A DNA stretch of 64,000 bases. Source: Klebsiella phage phiKp_32. The DNA lies in sequence record LC768500.1; one strand, 5' to 3'. This document shows positions 17,418 through 26,305 of this stretch, piece after piece; position 1 is the first letter of the stretch, and every line of letters starts with the position of its first letter. Below the pieces are notes generated by a model. The model was not told the origin of the DNA and did not search any database. It worked only from the letters and a program-made list of their open reading frames with translations. A program made the translations under genes and the position numbers.

Positions 17418-20378
17418 CTCTGGAAGGGTGTCATCAACTTGGAAGTCGTCTTTCTTATTGCTGTCTTCTTCTGTCTCTGTTTCTTCCTCGGTTTGGTTTT
17501 CTTCTTTGGAAGTATCTGTTCCCGTCTCTTCTTCCTCGGTCGTTCCACCTTCCCCAGGCAAATCTTCCTCTATTGAGAAATCGTCGTCTGTCTGAGTTCC
17601 CTCTTCAGGGGTACCCTCATCAGCAGGTTGGGCGCCGAACTCATTCGCCGGAGGCTGTTCCGCAGGCATAATCTTTTCCAAACGTTTAGCCAGGCGATCG
17701 GTCTCTTTATTCCAGACCTTCATGAACTGTTCTAAGAACATTCCACTGTTGTCTACGTACTGAGATATGTTGTGGATTAACGAATAGATCCCACCTTCTT
17801 TACCCTTGTTACCGATAAGATCGAACGGCATAGGGAGGTTGAATCGATCATAGAGCTCGATCAGATAAGTGCTGCGAATAATGGATTTAGCTTTCTCAAT
17901 ATCCAGACCGCCGTTAGCGTCAACCTTGTTCATGATCATTTCAATCAGGCCCGACGTACCTGACATTTCAACCCACGAGTTTACAAACTGATTGACCGTA
18001 TCGATTTTATCTTTCAGTTTGGTTACTGATTCCTGAGTAGCCGGAGTCGGTAAGGTCACGGTGAGGTTGTTGATAAAGTCAGCCAGGATAACTTCAACGA
18101 TGTGCTCGTTAGTTCCCTCTATCTCTTCGCCGTTATCAGGTTTCCACAACGATTTGTTCTCGTTAATGGTGTCGACCAAACGATTCAACATAACCTGGTT
18201 AACCAACATATCCTTACGTTCGATCTCAGCAACAAAGTCACCCAATACCTTCTGCCAGATCAATGTTTGGTTGCGGAGCATTTCCTGCTCGGCCAATGCT
18301 TCGACCTGGAAGTTGGTTCCTTCTTCTTTATCGTCCAACCAAGTACGTTGGAGCTTAAAGGTGGAGGCGATGTTGTTGAGGAGGTTCTGTCTGGAGGTTT
18401 CGTCAATAGCTTTGAAGTTACCGCGTTCAACCGGTTCCAGAGTTATCTTGGGCCCGACCATCCACGGGTTACCGTTACTATTAACCTCAACGATCAGGGA
18501 TTGGGTCTTCATTGCTTCAACAATGTCGGGTACTGAAACAGTGCCCGAGTTTACTACGTTGTGAAGCGTTGGGTTCACCCTGAAGAACTGCGCCCTGGCC
18601 GTAGCAATCGTGCCATCCGGATCAACGTCATCTTCTTCCAGATCAACCACTAAACGCTGACGAGTTTGAGCTTGATCCAAGTTAGCCAGAATATCAGCAG
18701 TATCTAACGCTGCCAAACGTCCGATATGGAGTTTAGCCTGGTTAGTTAAAGAAGAGCCAATACCAAAGCTATTATAGTCAAACGCGACGTAGGTAAAGTA
18801 TTCGGCCGGAATGTAAAGCACCCGAACACCCTGCTGCTTGAAAGAACGAGCCAGGAAGATCTTCAGGTTAGCTTCAACCAATTCGACAGAAATATTTTTC
18901 CCGCTCACGCCAGAAGCAATTGCCTGGATAAGGGACTTCTCTATTTGATCTTTCGATAACAGGGCGAATTCTGACATATCGAAGTCACAATCAGCACCTT
19001 GCTGAACTTTCTTCAAATTAGCGATAAGTGCGTTAGTCCCACCCGTTTTATTGGGGGTATCGATTTTATCTTTCTGTCCCTTAGAGGACTGATAGAAGTT
19101 AAAGTCCCTCGTGCTTTTTAAGAACTCCCCATTTGACGGATCGAGTAGGGCAAAACCACCGATCAATTTAGTTCGGTCGCCTTCCATATGAACAGGAATA
19201 AACGCTTCACTTGGGATATGATACCGCAAAGGTATTCCATAAACAGAAGTGTCGTAAACCCCAGGACTCCGAATACTAATGGTCTGCCGATGCGGATAGC
19301 TTCGATGCGGATAAATTTCGTTTTGAAGGACTTCTAGCTGGCTCTCTGGCAAAACCTGAGTTTTAGTATCAGCGTTAGGGGTCCCGTTCTTACGTTTAGC
19401 CTTAGAGTCGTCAGGCTCTTTATTCGACTTCTTAGGATCTTGTTTCTTATCCTTGGTTGCCGCGGCCTCTTCTTCCTCTCCCTCGCCTTTTTTCTCTAGC
19501 CGAGATTTAATAAGGGAAGCAAGATCTTCCGTCCCACCAATGTCGTTAACGATCTTCTTCGTTAAAACCTGATTTACGGAACGAAGCGCTAACACCGCTG
19601 GGTTATCGGTTAGTGTGATGCCAAAACCTTCTCCTTCGTCATTCTCGATTAATTCGAACTCAGTAGAGGTGTCTGGCGTGGTGTGGCTAAACAAAGCCTC
19701 TAACCCATGAACCACGTTATTGAGCTGCTTAGGTCCCCTCACCAATCCTTTGTTGATGGCGAGAAACTTACCGTCGACATTTTTAAATTGCTTCTCAATC
19801 TCTGGTTTTATCTGAGCGTTAATGTAACTTTCGTTACCTGTCACTCCGTCTTCTCCAAACTGCTGACCGTTGATAAGGTGATCCAGCGCAGGTCTAGAGA
19901 TGTTCAAAAGCACGTAGGATCCTGTACCGAATAACCCGTCTTTGATGAACTCCGGTAACAGCTTCTCGATTTTATAGTCGCTGGTATAGTAGGTTTCCGT
20001 CTTACGGAGCAACTCTTCATGCAGCTTAGTATTTTTAAATTGAGACCGCAAAGTATCGTGAGTAAGGATCCTTTCCTGTAATCCGTTCGGGTAGAGGAGA
20101 AGCGTCTTCCAGATTAATTCCGCCCGCGAAACATAAGGTGTGATTTCCCTTAAGTCAGTTGCCGCATTGATATTGCTGGCAATGATATCGCTGATCTTTT
20201 TTAATTTGGAAGGTTGGACTTTACGTTCTTTCTCATCCGTATTTCTGGTATGATCTCTCTCGTCCCGAACGAGGTTCCGAACGACGCTTTTTAACGAGGG
20301 GCTGATATTGTTTAAATTACCCCTGAGTTTGGTTTGATCGAGGTAATCATATCCTCGGGTTGAACGCGTTCTATTCAT
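17415..20378 (-). CDS. large virion protein, portal protein candidate
   Basis: 987-aa ORF on the minus strand, convergent with the Gly-zipper genes and divergent from the 20404 operon. It has an extended acidic C-terminal tail (EEETGTDTSKEENQTEEETETEED). Size and head-module position suggest a portal, but no motif proves it. Confidence 0.4.
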   Translation of the reverse strand: MNRTRSTRGYDYLDQTKLRGNLNNISPSLKSVVRNLVRDERDHTRNTDEKERKVQPSKLKKISDIIASNINAATDLREITPYVSRAELIWKTLLLYPNGLQERILTHDTLRSQFKNTKLHEELLRKTETYYTSDYKIEKLLPEFIKDGLFGTGSYVLLNISRPALDHLINGQQFGEDGVTGNESYINAQIKPEIEKQFKNVDGKFLAINKGLVRGPKQLNNVVHGLEALFSHTTPDTSTEFELIENDEGEGFGITLTDNPAVLALRSVNQVLTKKIVNDIGGTEDLASLIKSRLEKKGEGEEEEAAATKDKKQDPKKSNKEPDDSKAKRKNGTPNADTKTQVLPESQLEVLQNEIYPHRSYPHRQTISIRSPGVYDTSVYGIPLRYHIPSEAFIPVHMEGDRTKLIGGFALLDPSNGEFLKSTRDFNFYQSSKGQKDKIDTPNKTGGTNALIANLKKVQQGADCDFDMSEFALLSKDQIEKSLIQAIASGVSGKNISVELVEANLKIFLARSFKQQGVRVLYIPAEYFTYVAFDYNSFGIGSSLTNQAKLHIGRLAALDTADILANLDQAQTRQRLVVDLEEDDVDPDGTIATARAQFFRVNPTLHNVVNSGTVSVPDIVEAMKTQSLIVEVNSNGNPWMVGPKITLEPVERGNFKAIDETSRQNLLNNIASTFKLQRTWLDDKEEGTNFQVEALAEQEMLRNQTLIWQKVLGDFVAEIERKDMLVNQVMLNRLVDTINENKSLWKPDNGEEIEGTNEHIVEVILADFINNLTVTLPTPATQESVTKLKDKIDTVNQFVNSWVEMSGTSGLIEMIMNKVDANGGLDIEKAKSIIRSTYLIELYDRFNLPMPFDLIGNKGKEGGIYSLIHNISQYVDNSGMFLEQFMKVWNKETDRLAKRLEKIMPAEQPPANEFGAQPADEGTPEEGTQTDDDFSIEEDLPGEGGTTEEEETGTDTSKEENQTEEETETEEDSNKKDDFQVDDTLPE

Positions 20379-20403
20379 AAATGTAGACTCTTAGAGAAGA
20401 CTC

Positions 20404-22491
20404 ATGGAAAATATTGATTTTAATGCGTATGTGGCGGATACGATAAGTTTGGTCAGAACCATGGTCGTCAAATGTGAAGCCATAGCGACTATAGATAACT
20501 CGTTGCTGACCTCCGCTGGTTACCCCGTTAGTGACGATAAACGCACTTGGCGGTACTACCTTAACTTAAACGGCCAATATCACGCTGCTGATGTAAAGAT
20601 GTACGTGTCCTCACTGGATACGGGTGAAGAGATTCTTTTTAGTAAAGAATCGTTAGAAGAACACCTTATTACTAAAAAGGCGTATCTTTCTTCCGGTTAT
20701 TGGTATAACCGATTGGTAACTGATTATCCCGCGCAACGAGAGCTAATAAATGGGATATTGGATCCTATCGCGTTAGATGACGCCATTGGAGCCAAGAACT
20801 ATAAAATCCTTCGGTATAACGAAGACTTAGTTTTGTGGAATGAAGATCAGGTTATTCCGAGACTCCAGGATTGGATTGACGCGTTCTGCCATCAGCATTT
20901 CGGGACAGAATACTTTTACACAGATAACTTAATGCTCCCAGTAGTATTGGCTACGCTGTACGGATTAATGCCAGGGGCGTTAATGACGATCCGTGAAGAA
21001 GCCATAGGAACGAGGTACGTCCACGACTTCCATATCTGGGGGCGGTTAAATTCCTACGGTGATTTCACTCAGTATAAAAATGTGCTGAATGGGGTTCAGA
21101 CTCTTTGGCTTTATCGCAATATTGAATGGTTGGCGGATAATGCCGGGAAGAACTACACACTCGGCTTGCTCATTCAAAATCTGCTGACGGTAAGAGGGAT
21201 ACCTATCGCTGAGTTCGAGGTAACCTACAATACTGAAAATCAAATTGAAGATCTATCTCCAACGGTCGCCTTCATTAAGAACAACTTAAACTTACTCGAT
21301 CGATATACCGACAAGCACAAAATTTATACTGCGGAAGAAATCATCGATAAAGAATCTCTTTTGGCTAAAGATAATCCGGCTCAACAAGAAATATATCTGG
21401 ATGACATCAAAGCCAAGGGTAAGTTCGCGTTATTCTCCAGCATCCCGTCCAAGTTACTGGAATCGGAAATGGAGGACTATACCACTCGTCACGCTATTAC
21501 GCTGATGAACTCCGCATATCACCATTGGGTTTATCTTGTCAAGAACGGTTATTACAACGCTGTTATTGACGTCCCTAACCCTAAAGAGGCGACTACCTTC
21601 AGATTGACCGTTAAAGAAGGCTTGATACTCTGGACGTATCTGACCAGAAGGATACGTGGCGAAGATCTCTCTTTAATGGAAGGTGTTTTTTATCAGAACG
21701 TATTAAAGATCACCCCGCCCACTTATTCCGAGTTAAGGGAAAAGGGTTCAAATTCCTTTTTATACGATTACCAGATAAAAGATGCCATCGAACTTCACGT
21801 CCCGTACGAAAAGATAATTTCTACTGATGCTTTTTATCAAAAAGCAAAAGAGAATTATTTGCTGGCTTGGAAATACCAAAAGTTCTACGCTCAGTACCAC
21901 GATCAGTTCCGTCAAGCGGTAGTTAAAAACGTAACGGACTCTTTCTTTGAGCGGGGCAAATGGGATATCAAAAGTGAAGTAACCTCTTTTGATACCTGGC
22001 TGGCTAACAAGGAATTGGATTTCTCTAATTATACTGACGATGAGTTATTAGGGCTGGCTTGGGATACGTTCTCGTTAGCAACTGGCTGGGATAGTTCAAA
22101 CGTAACGTTACGCACGCTGCAATCTAGTCTTATTAAACTGATGTTGGAACTTTCTAGTTACACCATCCACGTTTACACGACTATTGACGACGGTAATAAT
22201 ACTATTGAAGCAGGGTCCCGCATAGATTTGGGGATCCGTAAGGATTCCTTCACCTCTACTATGGATGGTAGGGCGGTTCTGCTTCCGGCCATGTTGCACG
22301 TCGTACCTAATATCGACATGAAGGGCAAAACAACATCCATCGTTGATTTTAATACTTACGGTGGTGTTGACACGGGGTCTGTTGGCGAAGCCACGTTGCC
22401 TCTCGATCCCGAGTTAGTAGAGAATACAACAAGGAAATCCTCTTCCTACGGATTACTCCCCATGTTCTTTACACTCACTAACTCGGAATGA
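20404..22491 (+). CDS. hypothetical protein (structural module)
   Basis: 695-aa ORF with AT-rich codons. It is coupled to the next gene by an ATGA at 22488. Confidence 0.6.
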   Translation: MENIDFNAYVADTISLVRTMVVKCEAIATIDNSLLTSAGYPVSDDKRTWRYYLNLNGQYHAADVKMYVSSLDTGEEILFSKESLEEHLITKKAYLSSGYWYNRLVTDYPAQRELINGILDPIALDDAIGAKNYKILRYNEDLVLWNEDQVIPRLQDWIDAFCHQHFGTEYFYTDNLMLPVVLATLYGLMPGALMTIREEAIGTRYVHDFHIWGRLNSYGDFTQYKNVLNGVQTLWLYRNIEWLADNAGKNYTLGLLIQNLLTVRGIPIAEFEVTYNTENQIEDLSPTVAFIKNNLNLLDRYTDKHKIYTAEEIIDKESLLAKDNPAQQEIYLDDIKAKGKFALFSSIPSKLLESEMEDYTTRHAITLMNSAYHHWVYLVKNGYYNAVIDVPNPKEATTFRLTVKEGLILWTYLTRRIRGEDLSLMEGVFYQNVLKITPPTYSELREKGSNSFLYDYQIKDAIELHVPYEKIISTDAFYQKAKENYLLAWKYQKFYAQYHDQFRQAVVKNVTDSFFERGKWDIKSEVTSFDTWLANKELDFSNYTDDELLGLAWDTFSLATGWDSSNVTLRTLQSSLIKLMLELSSYTIHVYTTIDDGNNTIEAGSRIDLGIRKDSFTSTMDGRAVLLPAMLHVVPNIDMKGKTTSIVDFNTYGGVDTGSVGEATLPLDPELVENTTRKSSSYGLLPMFFTLTNSE

Positions 22492-22904
22492 TAAAAATGA
22501 CTAATACACAGCAATGGCCTATCAATCTCGTTAAAAACGAATACTTCAAAGACAACGGAATACGTGGAGAAAGATTGCAGCAACTCATCTCCTTTATTCC
22601 GTTAGGCAGGACAGAAGAAGGCAATTATCTTTATGAGGTCACCAAATCAGGAAGCTGTCCGAATACTGAACAGTGGGAATTAGAACGATACGATCTTTCT
22701 TTTATCTCAAGAAAACATCTGATAAGTGATAGCGAAACCGTAAATCATTTGAACATGCTAATCCCTTTTATTAGTAAGGCGACGGGTTATCACTTATTAC
22801 CGGGTGACATCGGTGGCGTGACCTTTCATAAAACATACTGGATTATCGACGTAGCGAAAGACTCGTTGAGATTCACCGGCTCTTTCTCAATCATGAAGAA
22901 ATAA
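22488..22904 (+). CDS. hypothetical protein
   Basis: 138-aa ORF that overlaps the previous stop. Confidence 0.55.
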   Translation: MIKMTNTQQWPINLVKNEYFKDNGIRGERLQQLISFIPLGRTEEGNYLYEVTKSGSCPNTEQWELERYDLSFISRKHLISDSETVNHLNMLIPFISKATGYHLLPGDIGGVTFHKTYWIIDVAKDSLRFTGSFSIMKK

Positions 22905-22915
22905 GGATTTATTCA

Positions 22916-23821
22916 ATGGCAACTGACACTCAACAATCTTCCAACTCCAGACTGCCCAGTCAGATTGTTACCGCAACAGCATTTGGTGTGAAGATCGCGA
23001 TCGCCGCTATTACCAAACAAAACGTGGAAGTCGAACAATACACCACGCTCAACGAAATACATTCCGTCCTGGCTGATGAAAGTTTGGGTGTGAAAGCCGG
23101 TTCTGACTTTACCCTGAAGTATTATGGGTTAGGCGTTAAGGGTTCTCAGTTCATTGGTAACGACGCCAACGGCATTGCCCGTATGTTGGTTAACCAACAT
23201 CAGCCGATCGACTGTAACGCGTTCTATCCCATTCCGCTTGTCGTAAGAGAGCTCTCCGACGACCTCACCGCGGATCAACGTGCTAACTACCGTATGCGTG
23301 TTGTTTTTACTAAAGATAGTGTGACTTACGTCGCTTACTATCTGCGGGTTATCAGTTTTGCGGCGTTCAGTCCGTCGATTGTAAAAATCACGAAGGATCC
23401 TACAACGGGTAACGAAGATCCTGATGTTTACGTTCCGACCTCTGACTATCAGCACCCGACTCCGATCACGCCTAATAGCGACGGTACCGTTCCGCTTTCC
23501 AATCAGTATGTTTCGGCAACGGGTAAACTGGATCTCAGTATCGATGCGTCAGGGCTGGCTGAACTTCGCAACGCCTGTTCAATTATGTTCGGCGATGAGT
23601 CTTACGCCGCTCCAAACGAATATTACGTTTGCACCGGTATCGATACCCCGAGCTCTGGTCAGACGTCCGGTTCCATTAATGTTTCCTATACAGAAGCTGT
23701 CAGCGCAATCATCGCTTACTTCATTACGGAAACTCATCCTCGCGATGCTAATGCGAACGGCGCAATTGAAATGTTCTTTGATATCGGAGCAAGCGCCCCG
23801 TTGTTGCTGGCTTCTAGCTAA
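22916..23821 (+). CDS. hypothetical structural protein (moderately codon-optimised; tail tube/sheath-class candidate)
   Basis: 301-aa ORF with an AAGGA RBS. Codons are better than in the neighbouring genes. The alternative-frame ORF 23424-23843 is rejected. Confidence 0.5.
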   Translation: MATDTQQSSNSRLPSQIVTATAFGVKIAIAAITKQNVEVEQYTTLNEIHSVLADESLGVKAGSDFTLKYYGLGVKGSQFIGNDANGIARMLVNQHQPIDCNAFYPIPLVVRELSDDLTADQRANYRMRVVFTKDSVTYVAYYLRVISFAAFSPSIVKITKDPTTGNEDPDVYVPTSDYQHPTPITPNSDGTVPLSNQYVSATGKLDLSIDASGLAELRNACSIMFGDESYAAPNEYYVCTGIDTPSSGQTSGSINVSYTEAVSAIIAYFITETHPRDANANGAIEMFFDIGASAPLLLASS

Positions 23822-23832
23822 GGAGAAACATC

Positions 23833-24480
23833 ATGCTCTTTAAAGAGTTATCTCCTACCGGGGGGGTCCTTCAACTCCCTAAGTTAGTCGTCGGTAAACT
23901 ATCCACCGATTACTTTGAGATCATTACCGATTTTTATGAAGTCGTTCTGGATCAAAGTGTTTACAAAGTTTCCCAAGTCTATCTCGGCAGTGACGGCAGG
24001 CCTAAACTCGAACTCGTTCCCAATGAAATCAATGTGTTTAACGACATACTTTATTTCACAGGTAAAGGAGTAACGGGATTAACTTATCAGGATGTCGTTA
24101 CAACTATCGCCAACCCTATGCAGACCGTTGCTGATGCGTTTTTGGATCAGTCCCCTGTTTGGGTTCCCGCTATAGAAGAGCTGAGTTTCCTTTCTAATCT
24201 CGAACTCAATACCCCACGTGACATCTTCACCGTGACCGATCAATATCCCCGTAAACTCGCTAATTTGTTGAGCGGGGGAAGGAATCACGTGAAGTGGGGT
24301 GTGGGGTCTTTGAACGAGTATTCCACCGCGGGATTCTCTTTACTGTATTACGGTGATGTGAGTAACGCACCATCGTCTTACGCTTATCCGCCTGCTGCTA
24401 AAACAATCGCTATTGTTTCGCTTAACTCAGGCAATAACAAAGGAATGGTAATGCTGTGCTCGGACAAAAAGATCGAATAA
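23833..24480 (+). CDS. hypothetical protein
   Basis: 215-aa ORF with an AGGAGAAA RBS at 23820. Confidence 0.55.
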   Translation: MLFKELSPTGGVLQLPKLVVGKLSTDYFEIITDFYEVVLDQSVYKVSQVYLGSDGRPKLELVPNEINVFNDILYFTGKGVTGLTYQDVVTTIANPMQTVADAFLDQSPVWVPAIEELSFLSNLELNTPRDIFTVTDQYPRKLANLLSGGRNHVKWGVGSLNEYSTAGFSLLYYGDVSNAPSSYAYPPAAKTIAIVSLNSGNNKGMVMLCSDKKIE

Positions 24481-25055
24481 GAGAAAAAACGATTATTCGG
24501 ATTATCGGGACCGACCCCAGTACAACGCACATGGGTAATGCCGTTATTGACGTCAACATTACGGAAACTCAAAAATTCCAATTACGTTACGTCAATACGG
24601 TTATCGGTGACAAGGTCGATTTTTACGAGAAGCTGAACTACACTGAGAGACCCGTTACCAAACGCACATTGGGGATGTCAAGATCGTATAAGGATCTCTT
24701 AGAGATCTTTGAGCCTGACATCGCTATTTGCGAGGATAACTTCTTAGGGGCTTCTGCGGATACGTATAAACGATTAGTTGAAACCGTCTCTATGTTGCGC
24801 GATACTGTTAAAGAGCACAGTAAATCGCTGTTCTTTATGAGCGTTCTCCCTAATCTTGCTAAGGCTATCGTTGGCGCCAATTTTAAAGGTACTCAAAAAG
24901 AAGACGTGCTGAAGGGTTTAAAGAACTATCCGCACCTAGATCTTAACGGTATCGATCTTGACACCCTCGATGACCACAGCGTTGACAGTATCGTTATCGC
25001 ATTGTATCTTTGTGAAATGGTCGCAAAAGACTATAAGGTATTTCCTCATGACTGA
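24456..25055 (+). CDS. RuvC-like Holliday junction resolvase
   Basis: IIRIIGTDPSTTHMGNAVID aligns with the RuvC N-terminal IILGIDPGSRVTGYGV catalytic-Asp motif. AICEDNF supplies the second acidic residue and DHSVDSIVIALYLC resembles the RuvC HAADALAIAL C-terminal motif. The start is GTG and overlaps the upstream gene. Confidence 0.6.
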   Translation: MLGQKDRIREKTIIRIIGTDPSTTHMGNAVIDVNITETQKFQLRYVNTVIGDKVDFYEKLNYTERPVTKRTLGMSRSYKDLLEIFEPDIAICEDNFLGASADTYKRLVETVSMLRDTVKEHSKSLFFMSVLPNLAKAIVGANFKGTQKEDVLKGLKNYPHLDLNGIDLDTLDDHSVDSIVIALYLCEMVAKDYKVFPHD

Positions 25056-25449
25056 ACAAAAAGCGCAGGGGGAAGAGGTTACAGAAGAAGATCCGCTGCT
25101 CGAAGTTGAGCATCCTCAGGGATTAGAGGGAAAGGTATTCGGTAAATGGACCGTAAGGTTGCGCAACGTCTGTGGCGTGGTTGCGTGCCTTTCGGTTTGC
25201 TATAATTCCATTAACTACACAGATACCATAAAGAAAGCAGTCCTGGCGGGATACGGTTATCCAGACAGGACGAGCTTAGGGATCGTCTTCATCGGTCCGA
25301 TTATCATCGCCCTTGTTTTCATGAACGCCAGCAAAATCTTGCAGGTTATCATGAAGATTCCTGGTGTGGCGGAAAAGCTGCGCAAAGGAACTATCGGGGT
25401 GCTGACTCGACCTGGAGATAATCCTCCACCGCCTCCACCACAGAAATAA
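25048..25449 (+). CDS. small membrane protein (one TM, Pro-rich C-terminus)
   Basis: Start chosen at MTEQKAQ. It overlaps the RuvC stop in an ATGACTGA arrangement. The TM segment is LGIVFIGPIIIALVFM and the protein ends PPPPPPQK. Confidence 0.5.
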   Translation: MTEQKAQGEEVTEEDPLLEVEHPQGLEGKVFGKWTVRLRNVCGVVACLSVCYNSINYTDTIKKAVLAGYGYPDRTSLGIVFIGPIIIALVFMNASKILQVIMKIPGVAEKLRKGTIGVLTRPGDNPPPPPPQK

Positions 25450-25455
25450 GAAAGT

Positions 25456-25500
25456 TATACTCCTCCTACCCTAGGGTAGGAGGAGTATATTTATTTTATT
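25456..25500. terminator. bidirectional terminator (perfect 32-bp palindrome)
   Basis: ATACTCCTCCTACCCTAGGGTAGGAGGAGTAT sits between convergent genes and is followed by a T-rich run. Confidence 0.8.
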
Positions 25501-25501
25501 A

Positions 25502-26035
25502 TTATTTTTGCTCGGTAGTCGTCGAAGAAGTGACTTTCGTTACAACAGATTTAGTTGCTGCTTTGGCTTTGGTCATTAGGAATTTAGGATCAAAGAGATT
25601 GACCGTTCCTGAAGCCTGATCGACAATTTGATCAATGTTGCCGAGTAGGCCTTTGATGGCAACTTGCGAAGCATAAACCAAATCGTTGGCGTTATCTAAA
25701 TCCCTCGTAGTCGTAATAAGTTTTAAACGAGTGAGCTTGTAGCATCTAACATAGTCAGTATTCTGATCCAAGCAATCATTTGCCTTAAGCCATTCGTCGA
25801 GTACGATGAGTTGACTAATGGGTTCTACCGGATTATCAGAAACGAGTTCCTTTGGGACGGTATGGGCAGCTTCTTTCAATTGCTGAAGATTGATTCCCAT
25901 GCTACTGACTTGAGCGGCTTGAGCCTCCACCTGAAGTTTGGTGTTGGCTTCGCTGACTGTGGTCTTGTGGCTGCACCCCGTCACTAAGATCATCAGCGCC
26001 GTAACGGCTAAGCATTTCATTATACGTTTTTTCAC
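25502..26035 (-). CDS. outer-membrane lipoprotein, o-spanin candidate
   Basis: N-terminal signal peptide with an LVTGC lipobox (MKCLAVTALMILVTG-C). The start is embedded in the 3' end of the upstream TM/coiled-coil gene in another frame. Start is GTG at 26035 or ATG at 26020. It is atypically large and not Pro-rich. Confidence 0.45.
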   Translation of the reverse strand: MKKRIMKCLAVTALMILVTGCSHKTTVSEANTKLQVEAQAAQVSSMGINLQQLKEAAHTVPKELVSDNPVEPISQLIVLDEWLKANDCLDQNTDYVRCYKLTRLKLITTTRDLDNANDLVYASQVAIKGLLGNIDQIVDQASGTVNLFDPKFLMTKAKAATKSVVTKVTSSTTTEQK

Positions 26036-26294
26036 GATCTTGACCTCGACGATCTAACATAAGAGCAAGTTGAGCGTTGAGTTTAGTTTGGCTAGCTGTG
26101 GAGATTTCGATAGCCTCCCGTAAACTCTTCATTTGGTCAGTGATTTTTGCCATCTGACCCACGGTTTCTTGATCGACTGTATCCTTAGGGAAAAACCGAT
26201 TAACCCCAAGAATAATCATGATGACCAATAATAATAAAATAACGATCCCGTCTTTAACTACACTTCCGACATTATCTTTAGTAATAACCGACAT
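25902..26294 (-). CDS. i-spanin candidate (N-terminal TM anchor plus periplasmic coiled coil)
   Basis: GIVILLLLVIMIILGV TM segment near the N-terminus is followed by a helical, charged region. The 3' end overlaps the lipoprotein gene, as in classical Rz/Rz1 arrangements. Confidence 0.5.
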   Translation of the reverse strand: MSVITKDNVGSVVKDGIVILLLLVIMIILGVNRFFPKDTVDQETVGQMAKITDQMKSLREAIEISTASQTKLNAQLALMLDRRGQDREKTYNEMLSRYGADDLSDGVQPQDHSQRSQHQTSGGGSSRSSQ

Positions 26295-26305
26295 GACGAA
26301 TACCT

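Noticed and set aside
18061-18564. Two overlapping plus-strand ORFs (167 and 144 aa) inside the 987-aa minus-strand gene
   Set aside because: Both are fully embedded in a long, well-supported ORF and have no start context. They are shadow ORFs.
23424-23843. 139-aa alternative-frame ORF overlapping the 3' end of the 301-aa gene
   Set aside because: It is an out-of-frame overlap with a better-supported gene and has no RBS. Its low-complexity composition is Arg/Ser/Leu-rich.
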